NCBI GenBank assembly: GCA_964643685.1
Contig: CAZXTN010000002.1
Coordinates: 28,069 to 87,948, forward strand
DNA length: 59,880 nucleotides
DNA from: Candidatus Micrarchaeota archaeon
Lineage (GTDB): Archaea; B1Sed10-29; JAJRYS01
Direction of reading: 5' to 3'
Shown here: piece by piece, positions 19,938-28,911 of the stretch
Position numbering within the stretch: position 1 is the first letter of the stretch
Layout: each line of letters begins with the position of its first letter
Position numbers and translations under genes: made by a program
The notes under the pieces: generated by a model
The model's input: only the letters and a program-made list of their open reading frames with translations
Databases searched by the model: none
What the model was told of the DNA's origin: nothing

Positions 19938-19980
19938 CAATAAACTAAAAGAAAGCTGTTTCAAGTTTAATTTAATTGCT

Positions 19981-22227
19981 TTAAAAAGCATCGAGTTTTT
20001 CAATTCTATTTTTTCCTTTTTCATCAGAGTAAGTGATGACCCACACTGGCTTAAGCAGTTTTGAAACAGACAACACTTTAGCATCCTCTAAGACAGCTGG
20101 AATTTTTTTCACAAGCTTTTCATCAACTTCAAAGTCATTTACAACAGCGCTTCTCGGCTCCTCTTCATTTAAAGACAAGGAGTAAGAATCAAAAGAAGGG
20201 ATTCTTACTTTTTTCTTTAAGTAATACTTGCCTTCTTTCTTGTCAACAAAGCCAAGCCGAGCCAAGTCATTCAAGTTCCTGCCTACAACTTGTGCATTAA
20301 ATCCAGTCAAAGAAACAAGCTTTTTCACATCGCTTGTTTTTTCAAGCAGTTTCAAAAGCTTTACTTTTTTTGAATTTAATGAAAGCAAATCCCTTACTTG
20401 AGTTGTTTTTTTCAGCTTGCTTTTCTCATCATAAAACAATTCAAGAGTTTCATCAACATACAGTGTTTTTTTAAGCAAGCCTTGTTTTGAATTAACCTGC
20501 ACTTCAAGCTTGAACAGCGGCTCGTAAACAAGCTCCACTGACTTGACTTTTTCTTCTTTTCCAAACAAGCCAAGCTTCTTTTTATGCTTGTGCTTTTCAG
20601 CATACTGCAAAGCCTGTTCCCTGCTGGTTTTCAGCTTCACTGCCTTCAACCCAAGTTCTTTTATTTTTTTCTTTTTTTCAAAGCCAGGTAAGATGATGAA
20701 ACCGTTTTGCATTTCAACTTCTTTTTCTTTCACAATCAATTCAATGACTTCAGCTGAATCTATTTTCACCCCGTATCTTTTTGAAATAACTTCCACGTAA
20801 TCATCAACTTTGCTTAAGCTTATCCTGCCAGTCGCAGCTGCTTTCTTGTAAACCAAGTCAACAAGCAATTTTTTAACGCTTTCCAAGTCAATCTTCTTCT
20901 CCTCATTAGTATTAACTTCCCTTCCTTCATGCTGGGACAACCTCGGGCGAACTTGCATTACAAAAGCACGTGAAGTCTCATCGCTTCTGTCTCCAACAAG
21001 ACAAGTGCCTATTGGAAGCTTTTTTACAAAACCGCTTTTAGTAAATTCTTTCGGCAGGCTTGTTGGCATTCTTTTCAAAACCGCTTTCACATCCTCGTCA
21101 AAAACAAGCTTATGGCATAACAACAAGTCCAATTGAGACAAGACACGGGTGTCGATTGCTGACGGCTGCTGAGTGGCAAACACTAAGCTGCATCCTGGAC
21201 GCCTCCCTTGTTTGACATATTCAATTAATGAGTTTGTTGCTGCTGTTTTTGAAGAACCGCTTGGAATAAGGGTGTGTGCTTCGTCTATGAAAAGCCATGT
21301 TGGTGGAATGTCTTTTTCAACAACTTCTTCCAAGTCATTTAATTCAACAAATCCCCCCATTGTCTCTTGGCGGGTAACCAGCTTGCGCGCGTTTAATATT
21401 TTACGCGCTAGCATTCCAATAACTAGTGAAGCTACGTTTTCATCTAAGAAGCTGATGTCAATTACGCTGACTACTCCTGCTTTGCACACTTCTGCAAGCG
21501 AAGTGCCTTCCTTGCTCAGCACTCCCCATGACTTAGCAGCCTCTAATCTTGAAACAAGTGCTCTTCTTGAATCGCTTTTATATCCTTTTTCTTTTGAAGT
21601 TAATTCCTTGTCTTTTTCAATTACTTTAATTAATTCATCCAAGCTGAAGTCTCCGTATTTTTCTCTTGCTTTTTCAATTGCTTTTTCAAGCAACAAGCCT
21701 GACGGCGAGAATCTTTCTATTCCAAAAGTAAGGCACCAGTCTTCTACATTCAACTCGCTTGGCTTCAAGGAAAACAGTTTGTCATAAGTGTTTTTAGGAA
21801 CGGTGTTTCTCAAGCCGTATGGCACGAACACGCGGGTGTTTTCAACTCCTGTTGGCTCTAAGCCCCAATCGCTTAAGACGTTTAATTCTTTTGCATCGCG
21901 GTTTGGAAACTTCATGCTCCAGAAAATCCCAATTGGATCAATTACTACGCTTGCTACATTCGGATTTTTCAGCACTAATTCTTCTGCAATAACTCCAAGA
22001 GAATATGATTTTCCGCTTCCTCTTGCTCCGCTTATGAAAACAACGTGAGGAGACAAGCCGTCTAGGAATACTTTTTTATGAAAACCTTGCTCGTCTAAAA
22101 TCCTGCCTAATAATAATGCTCCTTCTTCGCCGTATTTTTCAAAAACGCTTTTTTTCCTGCCTATGAAAAAGCCACTTTCTCCTTCAAGGAGGTTCAAATC
22201 TTCGCTGCTACTTACTTTGAAATTCAT
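19981..22227 (-). CDS. HerA/FtsK-superfamily ATPase (DUF87-like) with a ~300-aa C-terminal extension
   Basis: Walker A 'ISGARGSGKSYSLG', Walker B 'WLFIDEAHTLIP' and 'VFATQQPSAID'. The C-terminal third contains a winged-helix-like stretch, 'LVSLTGFNAQVVGRNLNDLARLGFVDKKEGKYYL'. Confidence 0.75.
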   Translation of the reverse strand: MNFKVSSSEDLNLLEGESGFFIGRKKSVFEKYGEEGALLLGRILDEQGFHKKVFLDGLSPHVVFISGARGSGKSYSLGVIAEELVLKNPNVASVVIDPIGIFWSMKFPNRDAKELNVLSDWGLEPTGVENTRVFVPYGLRNTVPKNTYDKLFSLKPSELNVEDWCLTFGIERFSPSGLLLEKAIEKAREKYGDFSLDELIKVIEKDKELTSKEKGYKSDSRRALVSRLEAAKSWGVLSKEGTSLAEVCKAGVVSVIDISFLDENVASLVIGMLARKILNARKLVTRQETMGGFVELNDLEEVVEKDIPPTWLFIDEAHTLIPSGSSKTAATNSLIEYVKQGRRPGCSLVFATQQPSAIDTRVLSQLDLLLCHKLVFDEDVKAVLKRMPTSLPKEFTKSGFVKKLPIGTCLVGDRSDETSRAFVMQVRPRLSQHEGREVNTNEEKKIDLESVKKLLVDLVYKKAAATGRISLSKVDDYVEVISKRYGVKIDSAEVIELIVKEKEVEMQNGFIILPGFEKKKKIKELGLKAVKLKTSREQALQYAEKHKHKKKLGLFGKEEKVKSVELVYEPLFKLEVQVNSKQGLLKKTLYVDETLELFYDEKSKLKKTTQVRDLLSLNSKKVKLLKLLEKTSDVKKLVSLTGFNAQVVGRNLNDLARLGFVDKKEGKYYLKKKVRIPSFDSYSLSLNEEEPRSAVVNDFEVDEKLVKKIPAVLEDAKVLSVSKLLKPVWVITYSDEKGKNRIEKLDAF

Positions 22228-22251
22228 TGAAAATAAAAAAAGCAGAACAAG

Positions 22252-22259
22252 TATAAAAA
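22252..22259 (-). promoter_or_regulatory. TATA box for the leaderless HerA-like gene
   Basis: The minus strand reads TTTTTATA followed by CTTGTT, 24 nt upstream of the ATG at 22227. Confidence 0.5.
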
Positions 22260-22289
22260 AGTAGACTTATTTAAACTTAATAAAAAAAC

Positions 22290-23021
22290 TTAATTCTTAA
22301 ACCCTTTAACAATCTCTGTTTTCACATCAACCAAGCAATCGCCGTCTCTCAAAACGCAATTATGCGCCTTCTTCAATTCCTTGTCATTCAAATAAATGCT
22401 TAAAATCTCCTCCTGCTTCTTCTTCCTCAAGCCGCTGTTCTCAAGCCAATTCCTCACACTACTTTTCTTAATCCAAAAATAAGAAGAAGACACCCTGTCA
22501 AAACCAGCTTCAACTAAAAGCTTTTCAACATCCCCCTCCCTGAACAAGATCCTCTTCTCCTTAATTGAAAAAATATCCTCATACTGCTTAAAAACAGAAT
22601 CACTAGGAGGCACTCCTTCACTAACAACAATTCTCCCCCCTAGCTTCAGCACCCTGTTAGCTTCTTTTAAAGCAGGCAAAGGAGAAGGAAGAATGTGATG
22701 CAAGACAGAGCGAACAGTAACCAAGTCAAACAAGTTATCTTCGAAAGGCATGCTGCGTGCATCAGCCAAAACAAAATTTTTATTGCCTCCCCATTTTCCT
22801 TTTGAAAGCATGTCAAGAGAAAAATCCAAGCCAACAACCCTCTTTACAAAAGGAAGAACAGCATCTGCAACCACTCCGCTTCCAGTGCCGACATCAAGCA
22901 CAACATCAAATTTATCAGGACTGCAAGCATGCAGAAAATGCTTCAAGTAAAAATTGTTTTTAACCCATTCCAGCTTGTTGAAATTACTGGAACGGTTTTT
23001 CCAAAATGCCAAGTCATCCAT
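22290..23021 (-). CDS. Class I SAM-dependent methyltransferase
   Basis: Motif I 'VLDVGTGSGVVA', 'FDLVTVRSVLHH' and 'LKLGGRIVV'. The ATG at 23021 (MDDLAFW) sits 25 nt from a TATA box. The ORF-track start at 23045 lies inside that promoter. Confidence 0.8.
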   Translation of the reverse strand: MDDLAFWKNRSSNFNKLEWVKNNFYLKHFLHACSPDKFDVVLDVGTGSGVVADAVLPFVKRVVGLDFSLDMLSKGKWGGNKNFVLADARSMPFEDNLFDLVTVRSVLHHILPSPLPALKEANRVLKLGGRIVVSEGVPPSDSVFKQYEDIFSIKEKRILFREGDVEKLLVEAGFDRVSSSYFWIKKSSVRNWLENSGLRKKKQEEILSIYLNDKELKKAHNCVLRDGDCLVDVKTEIVKGFKN

Positions 23022-23046
23022 TAAATAAAAAATTACAAAAAACAAG

Positions 23047-23054
23047 TATATAAA
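23047..23054 (-). promoter_or_regulatory. TATA box for the leaderless methyltransferase gene
   Basis: The minus strand reads TTTATATA followed by CTTGTT, 25 nt upstream of the ATG at 23021. Confidence 0.5.
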
Positions 23055-23078
23055 ATAGTCGTATAATTATACGACTAT
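23055..23078. repeat. 24-nt perfect palindrome ATAGTCGTATA-AT-TATACGACTAT
   Basis: Exact 11-nt arms. It abuts the methyltransferase TATA box on its upstream side and lies 5 nt after the stop of the 115-aa gene. Confidence 0.8.
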
Positions 23079-23082
23079 TGCC

Positions 23083-23430
23083 TTATCCTGCTATTTGCTG
23101 TTTTCCTGAACGATAATACTCATTTAAAGCTGAAAATAAGTATCTTTCAAATTCTTTTTTGCTTACTTTCACTTCTTCAGCTCCTTCAAAATAAACATAC
23201 TTGGAAGTGACTTTTGAAAGAAAAGAAAGTTGCTCAGCAACTTCTTCCAAGTCCTCTCCTTTGTAAAAAAATGAATTGGCATCTGAATGCAGTCGAAGCA
23301 CTCCCCCTTCTGCAGTATTTTCCATGCTAATCAAACAAAGCTGGTTGCCAGTTTCCTCAACATTTCCTTCCTCGTCAACCCTATAACCTAAATGAAACAA
23401 CACACTTTTCAAATCAATCTTCCTAGCCAT
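23083..23430 (-). CDS. Hypothetical protein
   Basis: 115-aa ORF with non-repetitive composition and no motif I recognise. Confidence 0.4.
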   Translation of the reverse strand: MARKIDLKSVLFHLGYRVDEEGNVEETGNQLCLISMENTAEGGVLRLHSDANSFFYKGEDLEEVAEQLSFLSKVTSKYVYFEGAEEVKVSKKEFERYLFSALNEYYRSGKQQIAG

Positions 23431-23577
23431 TGACTTAAATTAATAACCAAACAACAATAAAAAAGCAACTAGTCACTTATTTACTTATAAAAAGCAACTT
23501 TTTAAATGAAAAAAACATTAATAAAAAACAAGCAAAAAAACAGAAACCAAAAAAAAAGTTAACAGAGGAGTTAAAAA

Positions 23578-24498
23578 ATGTTCAATAGACTTAGAAGAAA
23601 ACAAAGAAAGCTTGATCACTATGGCTTAACTATTGAAAAGAAAGCAGGGGGGTGGCTGAAAAAACAACCAAAGGAAGAAAGGCCAAGCTTATGGCAAAAA
23701 AGAAGAGCAAAAAAAGCCAGAGAAGCGCAGCTATCAGAATATGAAGAAGCCTTACCTAATCTAGAAATGGATAAGAGAATGGAAGAAAAGTATGAAGAAT
23801 TTTTAGGAGGATTATCTGACAAGCAACTAAGAAAATGGAGAGCTTCAAAAATAAACAAAGAATTTTTAAAATGGCTGGAAAAGCAAGAGCCTAAGAAAAG
23901 ATTCTGGCAAAGAAAAGCAATTGAAGCAAACCAAGAAGAAATCAATGCTAGAAGAGAAGAACTAGCAAAGCGCTTTAGAAGCAGTGTATTAGCTGGAGAA
24001 GAAGTCTACAAGGAATATGAAAGATACTTGGAAACTTTGAATCCAAAAGAGCTAGAAGCATCAGGCAGTAAATTATACAGAAAATTTTTAAAATGGCATA
24101 AGAAGCAAAGGAAAGCAGAACAAAAAGCAGAAAAATCAGGGATTTTCGGCAGGCTATTCAGAAAAAAAGCAAGAGCACCTGAAGAAGAAATGGAAAGAGA
24201 AGAAGCAATAAAAATTGAAGAACCTAACCTTATAGAAACAGAACCTGAATGGCTCTCTGCTAGCAGAAACTTAAGAGAAGAACAGAAGAGGAGTACAGGA
24301 GCTGCAATTTCACATATCTCTACTAAAGAAGAATATCCTTTAATGGCAAGAAGGGACAGAGAGTTACTTGAAAGTGAGCCAGAGTTAATTGAAAAACCTA
24401 AAACAACAGCAAGACAGAAGAAAAAAAGAGAGTTTGGAAAAAGAAGAACAGGAATAGGAAGAAGAAAAGCAGCAAGAACAAGAGAAAAAGAGCCATAA
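23578..24498 (+). CDS. Lys/Glu/Arg-rich hypothetical protein
   Basis: 306 aa. GAGGAG lies upstream of the ATG. Internally repeated 'KFLKW(L/H)(E/K)KQ' segments. Confidence 0.45.
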   Translation: MFNRLRRKQRKLDHYGLTIEKKAGGWLKKQPKEERPSLWQKRRAKKAREAQLSEYEEALPNLEMDKRMEEKYEEFLGGLSDKQLRKWRASKINKEFLKWLEKQEPKKRFWQRKAIEANQEEINARREELAKRFRSSVLAGEEVYKEYERYLETLNPKELEASGSKLYRKFLKWHKKQRKAEQKAEKSGIFGRLFRKKARAPEEEMEREEAIKIEEPNLIETEPEWLSASRNLREEQKRSTGAAISHISTKEEYPLMARRDRELLESEPELIEKPKTTARQKKKREFGKRRTGIGRRKAARTREKEP

Positions 24499-24569
24499 AC
24501 CCCTCCTTTTCATCTTCTTTATTCCTCCTATTAGTTACACAATAAAACAAAAAAAGAGGAATTGAAAAA

Positions 24570-24971
24570 ATGAAAACAGTAGCTGACAAAAGAAGAAAAC
24601 CACACTATTACCTGACAATACTCTCACTCATAATAATGACAATCTACTTCCAACAATCAATGACAACCCTAAACATAACAAACATAATAACAACATACCT
24701 CAAAGCCATATTCATAATAATAATCATTCTATTTCTAACAGCTGAAGTAGTGAGGAAAAACAACAAGCAAAGATTCAAAACAATTGACTTGATTGAAAAA
24801 ACAATAAAAGACATTTGGAAGCCAGGGGCATTAATCGCATTAATAATCCTCTTGCTGAACTTATTAGCACGCCTCATTCCCCTAGGCTTCCTTGGAATAA
24901 CCTCAACAGAAATAACACTCATAATACTAGGAACAATAGCAGGAGCAGTTATTTACAAAGCAACAAGCTGA
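24570..24971 (+). CDS. Small membrane protein
   Basis: 133 aa with ~4 hydrophobic helices. AGAGGA lies upstream of the ATG. Confidence 0.45.
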   Translation: MKTVADKRRKPHYYLTILSLIIMTIYFQQSMTTLNITNIITTYLKAIFIIIIILFLTAEVVRKNNKQRFKTIDLIEKTIKDIWKPGALIALIILLLNLLARLIPLGFLGITSTEITLIILGTIAGAVIYKATS

Positions 24972-25018
24972 AAACTAACCGCAATGTTTAAAACAAGAAA
25001 CTGAATAAAAAACAAGCA

Positions 25019-25786
25019 ATGAAAAGCAAAAAAACTCGTTCTAAAAAAATAACAAAAACAAAAAAACAAACACCTTCAAGCGAAGAAAAACTAAACAATC
25101 TGCTGCAATTCGCGGCAATACTAGCAATATCAGCAATCCTGCTGAACTACTTAATGGCAACGCACAGGGACATGACGTTTGAAAAAAGAGCAATAGGAAG
25201 CCAAGTAAACTTCATGCTGAACTTAATTGGAATAAACTCATCTTTCTATGAACAAGTGGTGAGGATAAACAACTACCCTGAAAAAAACCAGACAATAATG
25301 CAACTTTCTAGGTACTTGGATGAAAAAAAAGAAGCAAACGGGCAAGTTGAATTAAGAGCAAAGCACATCCACCCTGATGATGAAAAAATAATAAAAGAAT
25401 ACATAAAAAAAGAACAAAGCAAAGGAAACCCAATATACTACTCCCCCTCATATGTAATAACAACAGGAAAACTCGGCGAAACACAAGTTGAAATAATCCC
25501 AGAATGCATCGGATGGATAGGATTATTCGCAATAGCTTCGCTTATACTCGCAACACCTGGAATTGCACTCAGAAAAAAAACAAAAGCAATCCTAGCAGCG
25601 CTTCCAATAATGTACTTGGTAAACCTGCTGAGGCTGACAACCACTATATACATAGGAACAAAAGCAGGAGAAACAGCTCTTCAGTTCACACACGACATTC
25701 TCTGGAGAATAATACTCATAGGCACAGCCTTAATCATCTGGCTAGCATGGTACATTAAAAACAAGCCTGAAAAAAGCAAAAACTAA
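25019..25786 (+). CDS. Exosortase/archaeosortase-family protein (compact form)
   Basis: Ordered Cys-Arg-His signature in membrane helices: 'IIPECIGWIGLF', about 40 aa later 'YLVNLLRLT', about 25 aa later 'FTHDILWRI'. Confidence 0.55.
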   Translation: MKSKKTRSKKITKTKKQTPSSEEKLNNLLQFAAILAISAILLNYLMATHRDMTFEKRAIGSQVNFMLNLIGINSSFYEQVVRINNYPEKNQTIMQLSRYLDEKKEANGQVELRAKHIHPDDEKIIKEYIKKEQSKGNPIYYSPSYVITTGKLGETQVEIIPECIGWIGLFAIASLILATPGIALRKKTKAILAALPIMYLVNLLRLTTTIYIGTKAGETALQFTHDILWRIILIGTALIIWLAWYIKNKPEKSKN

Positions 25787-25858
25787 ACTTTTTTAAACAA
25801 ACCTTGCTTTCATTAAAAAAAAGAAGAAACTGCAAAAACTTTCAAAAGGAGAAAAGAA

Positions 25859-27709
25859 ATGGTTGACGTTGACAAACTGAAAAAAAGCCAAGAAGAATTA
25901 AGGCAAAGCATAAGCAAAATGGAAACAAGCATAAACCACAAAAAACAGCTTGAAGGCTACTCCCGCGACAGGGAACTAGAAGACATGGTAAAAGTAGCGC
26001 TAAGGCAAAGCAAAAAAGTAGCAGACAAAGTAGATTACCTAATGGACGCCATGATAGAAGCAAGTGAAAACACAGACGACTCCACAGAAAAAACAATGAA
26101 AGCAATAGCAGAATCGCAACTCGCCTTAATGGAAGAAATCAAAAAAATAGAACAAAAAGTAAACCAAACCCAAAACTTGAAGCAATTAATAGACTCGCAA
26201 AAAGAAGCAACACAATCATTAAAGAAAAAACTACTCCAACTAGAAGAAGAAATAAAACAATTACCTGAAAACCTAAAAATAAACATTATAAAAAAAGAAG
26301 TCGAAGACCTCAGCCAAGAAATAAAAGAAGTCGAAGAACAAATGAAAAAATCACCTGAAAAAGCAGAAAAACAAGTTCAAGCAATCAAGCAAGAAATAGA
26401 CAGCATAAAAAACACAATACAAGAAACAGAAAAACAAATGCAAAAAATAAAAGAAGAAGACGACAAAATACTTGAAAAAACAAGCACATACGACACAATT
26501 AAAATAAAACTAGAAAACCTTCAAAACACAATCAACCACTTCGAAGAAATACTAAAAACAGGACAAATTCAAAAACAAAGCGACTTAAAAAAACAAATAG
26601 ACTCGATAGAAAACAAAATGAAAGAAATAGAACAGCTTCGAAAAATAGTGGACAGCGCAGTAAAAGAAAATCAAGAAGAAGAGCAAAAACTAGAACAAGT
26701 AATAAGCAAAATAAGCGAACTAAAACACGAAATTGAAAAAGTAAGCCAATGGACAGAATCATACCCAATAGGAGAAGCGCAGGAAATAAGCTTCATAACA
26801 CAAAAATTCGAAGAACTTGAAAGAAAATTCGAAGAACTAAGCTCCAGGCAAAACAAAGAAGCACTCAAGCCAGAAATAGAAAAAATAAAAAAACAACTGC
26901 AAGACATTCAAAAAAAAACACCAACAATCCATCCAACAGAACAAGACATTCAAAACACGCTTAATGAAATGAAAACAAGAATAAACCAAGCTGAAAAAAA
27001 CACAGAAACCCAGGAAAAAATAAACGAAACAATCCAAAAAATAAACGAAATAAAACAAAAACTAAAAACAAGCAACAGGATATCAAAACAAATCGAAGAA
27101 CTGGAAAAAAAAATAAAAGAACTTGAAAAAAAAGTAAATGAAACTTCAGCGCTTCCTGAAAAGCACATAAACGAAATGAAAAAACACCTCAATGAAATAC
27201 ACAGACACACGCAACAAGACGAAAAAAAACTAGCAAAAGAACACAAGTCAAACCTTTATCAAATACTTGAAGACATAAACTTTCCTGAAGAAAAAATACA
27301 TAAAAAACCAGACATAAAAAAAGAACTTGAAAAAATAAGAAAAAAAGCACCTAAAAAACACCAAGCAAAAATAGATGAGATAATAGACGCTTACGAACAA
27401 ATAATGAATTCTCTTGAAAAATACGAACAAAAAGGAAAAAAAGAAATAAAAAAATTAAAACAAGCAGAAAACACAGCTAAAAAAGCACAAACAAAAGAAG
27501 AGATAGTTGAAAAGTTCATTGAAAAAATGCCGGCAGGAATCAAACTGAAAATAAAAGACACTGCAAAAACAATGGAAATACCTGAACAAGAACTCCTGAA
27601 AATCCTTAAAAAAATGCAATCACAAGGCAGAATAAAACTAGTAAAAGAAGGAATAATTCCCCTATTAACAAACAAGCACACGCACATCGAAAAACCAAAA
27701 TCTTTATAA
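25859..27709 (+). CDS. Long coiled-coil protein (Glu/Lys/Gln-rich)
   Basis: 616 aa with heptad-like composition throughout. AAGGAG lies upstream of the ATG. The C-terminal ~60 aa are less repetitive ('ELLKILKKMQSQGRIKLVKEGIIPL'). Confidence 0.6.
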   Translation: MVDVDKLKKSQEELRQSISKMETSINHKKQLEGYSRDRELEDMVKVALRQSKKVADKVDYLMDAMIEASENTDDSTEKTMKAIAESQLALMEEIKKIEQKVNQTQNLKQLIDSQKEATQSLKKKLLQLEEEIKQLPENLKINIIKKEVEDLSQEIKEVEEQMKKSPEKAEKQVQAIKQEIDSIKNTIQETEKQMQKIKEEDDKILEKTSTYDTIKIKLENLQNTINHFEEILKTGQIQKQSDLKKQIDSIENKMKEIEQLRKIVDSAVKENQEEEQKLEQVISKISELKHEIEKVSQWTESYPIGEAQEISFITQKFEELERKFEELSSRQNKEALKPEIEKIKKQLQDIQKKTPTIHPTEQDIQNTLNEMKTRINQAEKNTETQEKINETIQKINEIKQKLKTSNRISKQIEELEKKIKELEKKVNETSALPEKHINEMKKHLNEIHRHTQQDEKKLAKEHKSNLYQILEDINFPEEKIHKKPDIKKELEKIRKKAPKKHQAKIDEIIDAYEQIMNSLEKYEQKGKKEIKKLKQAENTAKKAQTKEEIVEKFIEKMPAGIKLKIKDTAKTMEIPEQELLKILKKMQSQGRIKLVKEGIIPLLTNKHTHIEKPKSL

Positions 27710-27753
27710 ACACACTTTGATTTTCATAAACTCAAGAAAAACATTTATCTTAA

Positions 27754-27966
27754 AAAAAAATGGAGGTAAGATAAACATGAAAAAAGGAATATCACCAGTA
27801 GTAGCAGTAGTCCTACTAATAGCAATAGCAGTAATCGCAGCAGTAGGAGTATGGTACTGGGTAGGAGCATACACAGGACAACCAAACGTAACAACAAGCG
27901 TAAAAACATTCACAGTACAAAAATGCAACGGAACACACGTCTACGTACAAAACAACGGACAAGAAG
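27754..27966 (+). repeat. 213-nt block identical to 28699-28911 (RBS plus first 63 codons of a pilin gene)
   Basis: I compared the two copies base by base and found them identical from the A-run before TGGAGGTAAGATAAACATG through '...AACAACGGACAAGAAG'. Confidence 0.9.
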
Positions 27967-28169
27967 CACTAAGCACTAGTGTAAATGTTTATACAACAGC
28001 AGGAGCAGACACAGGAGCAAAAATAAACTTCTCAGGAACAAGTGTCTCAGCAGGAAATGCAGCATGGGTTCCATTAGTAAACAGCACAAACGGAATAATA
28101 CAAACAGCTCTTGATGGAAACTACCAAGTACTAGCAACAAACGTACAAACAACACCATTCAGCTGTTAA
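27777..28169 (+). CDS. Archaeal type IV pilin-like protein (class III signal peptide), paralogue 1
   Basis: 'MKKG|ISPVVAVVLLIAIAVIAAVGVWYWV' is a prepilin-type N-terminus. GGAGGT is the RBS. Two Cys residues (QKCNGTH and C-terminal PFSC). 130 aa. Confidence 0.8.
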   Translation: MKKGISPVVAVVLLIAIAVIAAVGVWYWVGAYTGQPNVTTSVKTFTVQKCNGTHVYVQNNGQEALSTSVNVYTTAGADTGAKINFSGTSVSAGNAAWVPLVNSTNGIIQTALDGNYQVLATNVQTTPFSC

Positions 28170-28203
28170 AAACAGCAACTAAAACCTTAATTTTTTAAAA
28201 AGA

Positions 28204-28229
28204 GAAGGCGGTAAACGCCTCTTCTTTTT
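28204..28229 (+). terminator. GC-rich hairpin plus T-tract after pilin 1
   Basis: GAAGGCG-GTAAA-CGCCTC followed by TTCTTTTT. Confidence 0.4.
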
Positions 28230-28284
28230 AAAAAAAAATAATTTTTTTATTTTTTACAAAGAAGAAGAAAGTGAAGTGTTCGTA

Positions 28285-28686
28285 ATGAAAAAAGGAATAT
28301 CACCAGTAATAGCAGTTGTTTTACTAATAGCAATAGCTGTCATAGCTTCAGTTGGCGTCTGGTACTGGGTAGGAAGTTATACAGGAAAACCAGGAGTAAG
28401 CGGAATGCAAAAAACAGCTGAAGTTCTCAAGTGCAACAGGACACACGTATTCGTACAAAATGTAGGGACTCAGAAACTAGACACTCAAGCAGAAATTTAC
28501 GATTCAAACAGCATACAAAGAGGGTACATTAACTTTCCAGGACTAGCAGGAGGAGGAATAGACCCAGGCGAATCAGCATGGGTTCCAATATACAATTCAT
28601 CTGACCAGCAAACACAACCAATAAGTACTGGAAATTACTACTTATTAGCATCAGGATACCAGGAAAAAAAATTCAGATGCGAATAA
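28285..28686 (+). CDS. Archaeal type IV pilin-like protein, paralogue 2
   Basis: 'MKKG|ISPVIAVVLLIAIAVIASVGVWYWV'. Cys in 'LKCNRTH' and in the C-terminal 'FRCE'. Diverged from paralogues 1 and 3 at the nucleotide level. Confidence 0.8.
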   Translation: MKKGISPVIAVVLLIAIAVIASVGVWYWVGSYTGKPGVSGMQKTAEVLKCNRTHVFVQNVGTQKLDTQAEIYDSNSIQRGYINFPGLAGGGIDPGESAWVPIYNSSDQQTQPISTGNYYLLASGYQEKKFRCE

Positions 28687-28698
28687 ATAACTATTAAT

Positions 28699-28911
28699 AA
28701 AAAAATGGAGGTAAGATAAACATGAAAAAAGGAATATCACCAGTAGTAGCAGTAGTCCTACTAATAGCAATAGCAGTAATCGCAGCAGTAGGAGTATGGT
28801 ACTGGGTAGGAGCATACACAGGACAACCAAACGTAACAACAAGCGTAAAAACATTCACAGTACAAAAATGCAACGGAACACACGTCTACGTACAAAACAA
28901 CGGACAAGAAG
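28699..28911 (+). repeat. Second copy of the 213-nt identical block
   Basis: See 27754-27966. The offset between copies is 945 nt. Confidence 0.9.

Noticed and set aside
27717-27776. Upstream alternative start for pilin 1 (adds MIFINSRKTFILKKNGGKIN)
   Set aside because: The extension would bury the class III signal peptide. The ATG at 27777 has a perfect GGAGGT site, and the identical arrangement occurs in paralogue 3.
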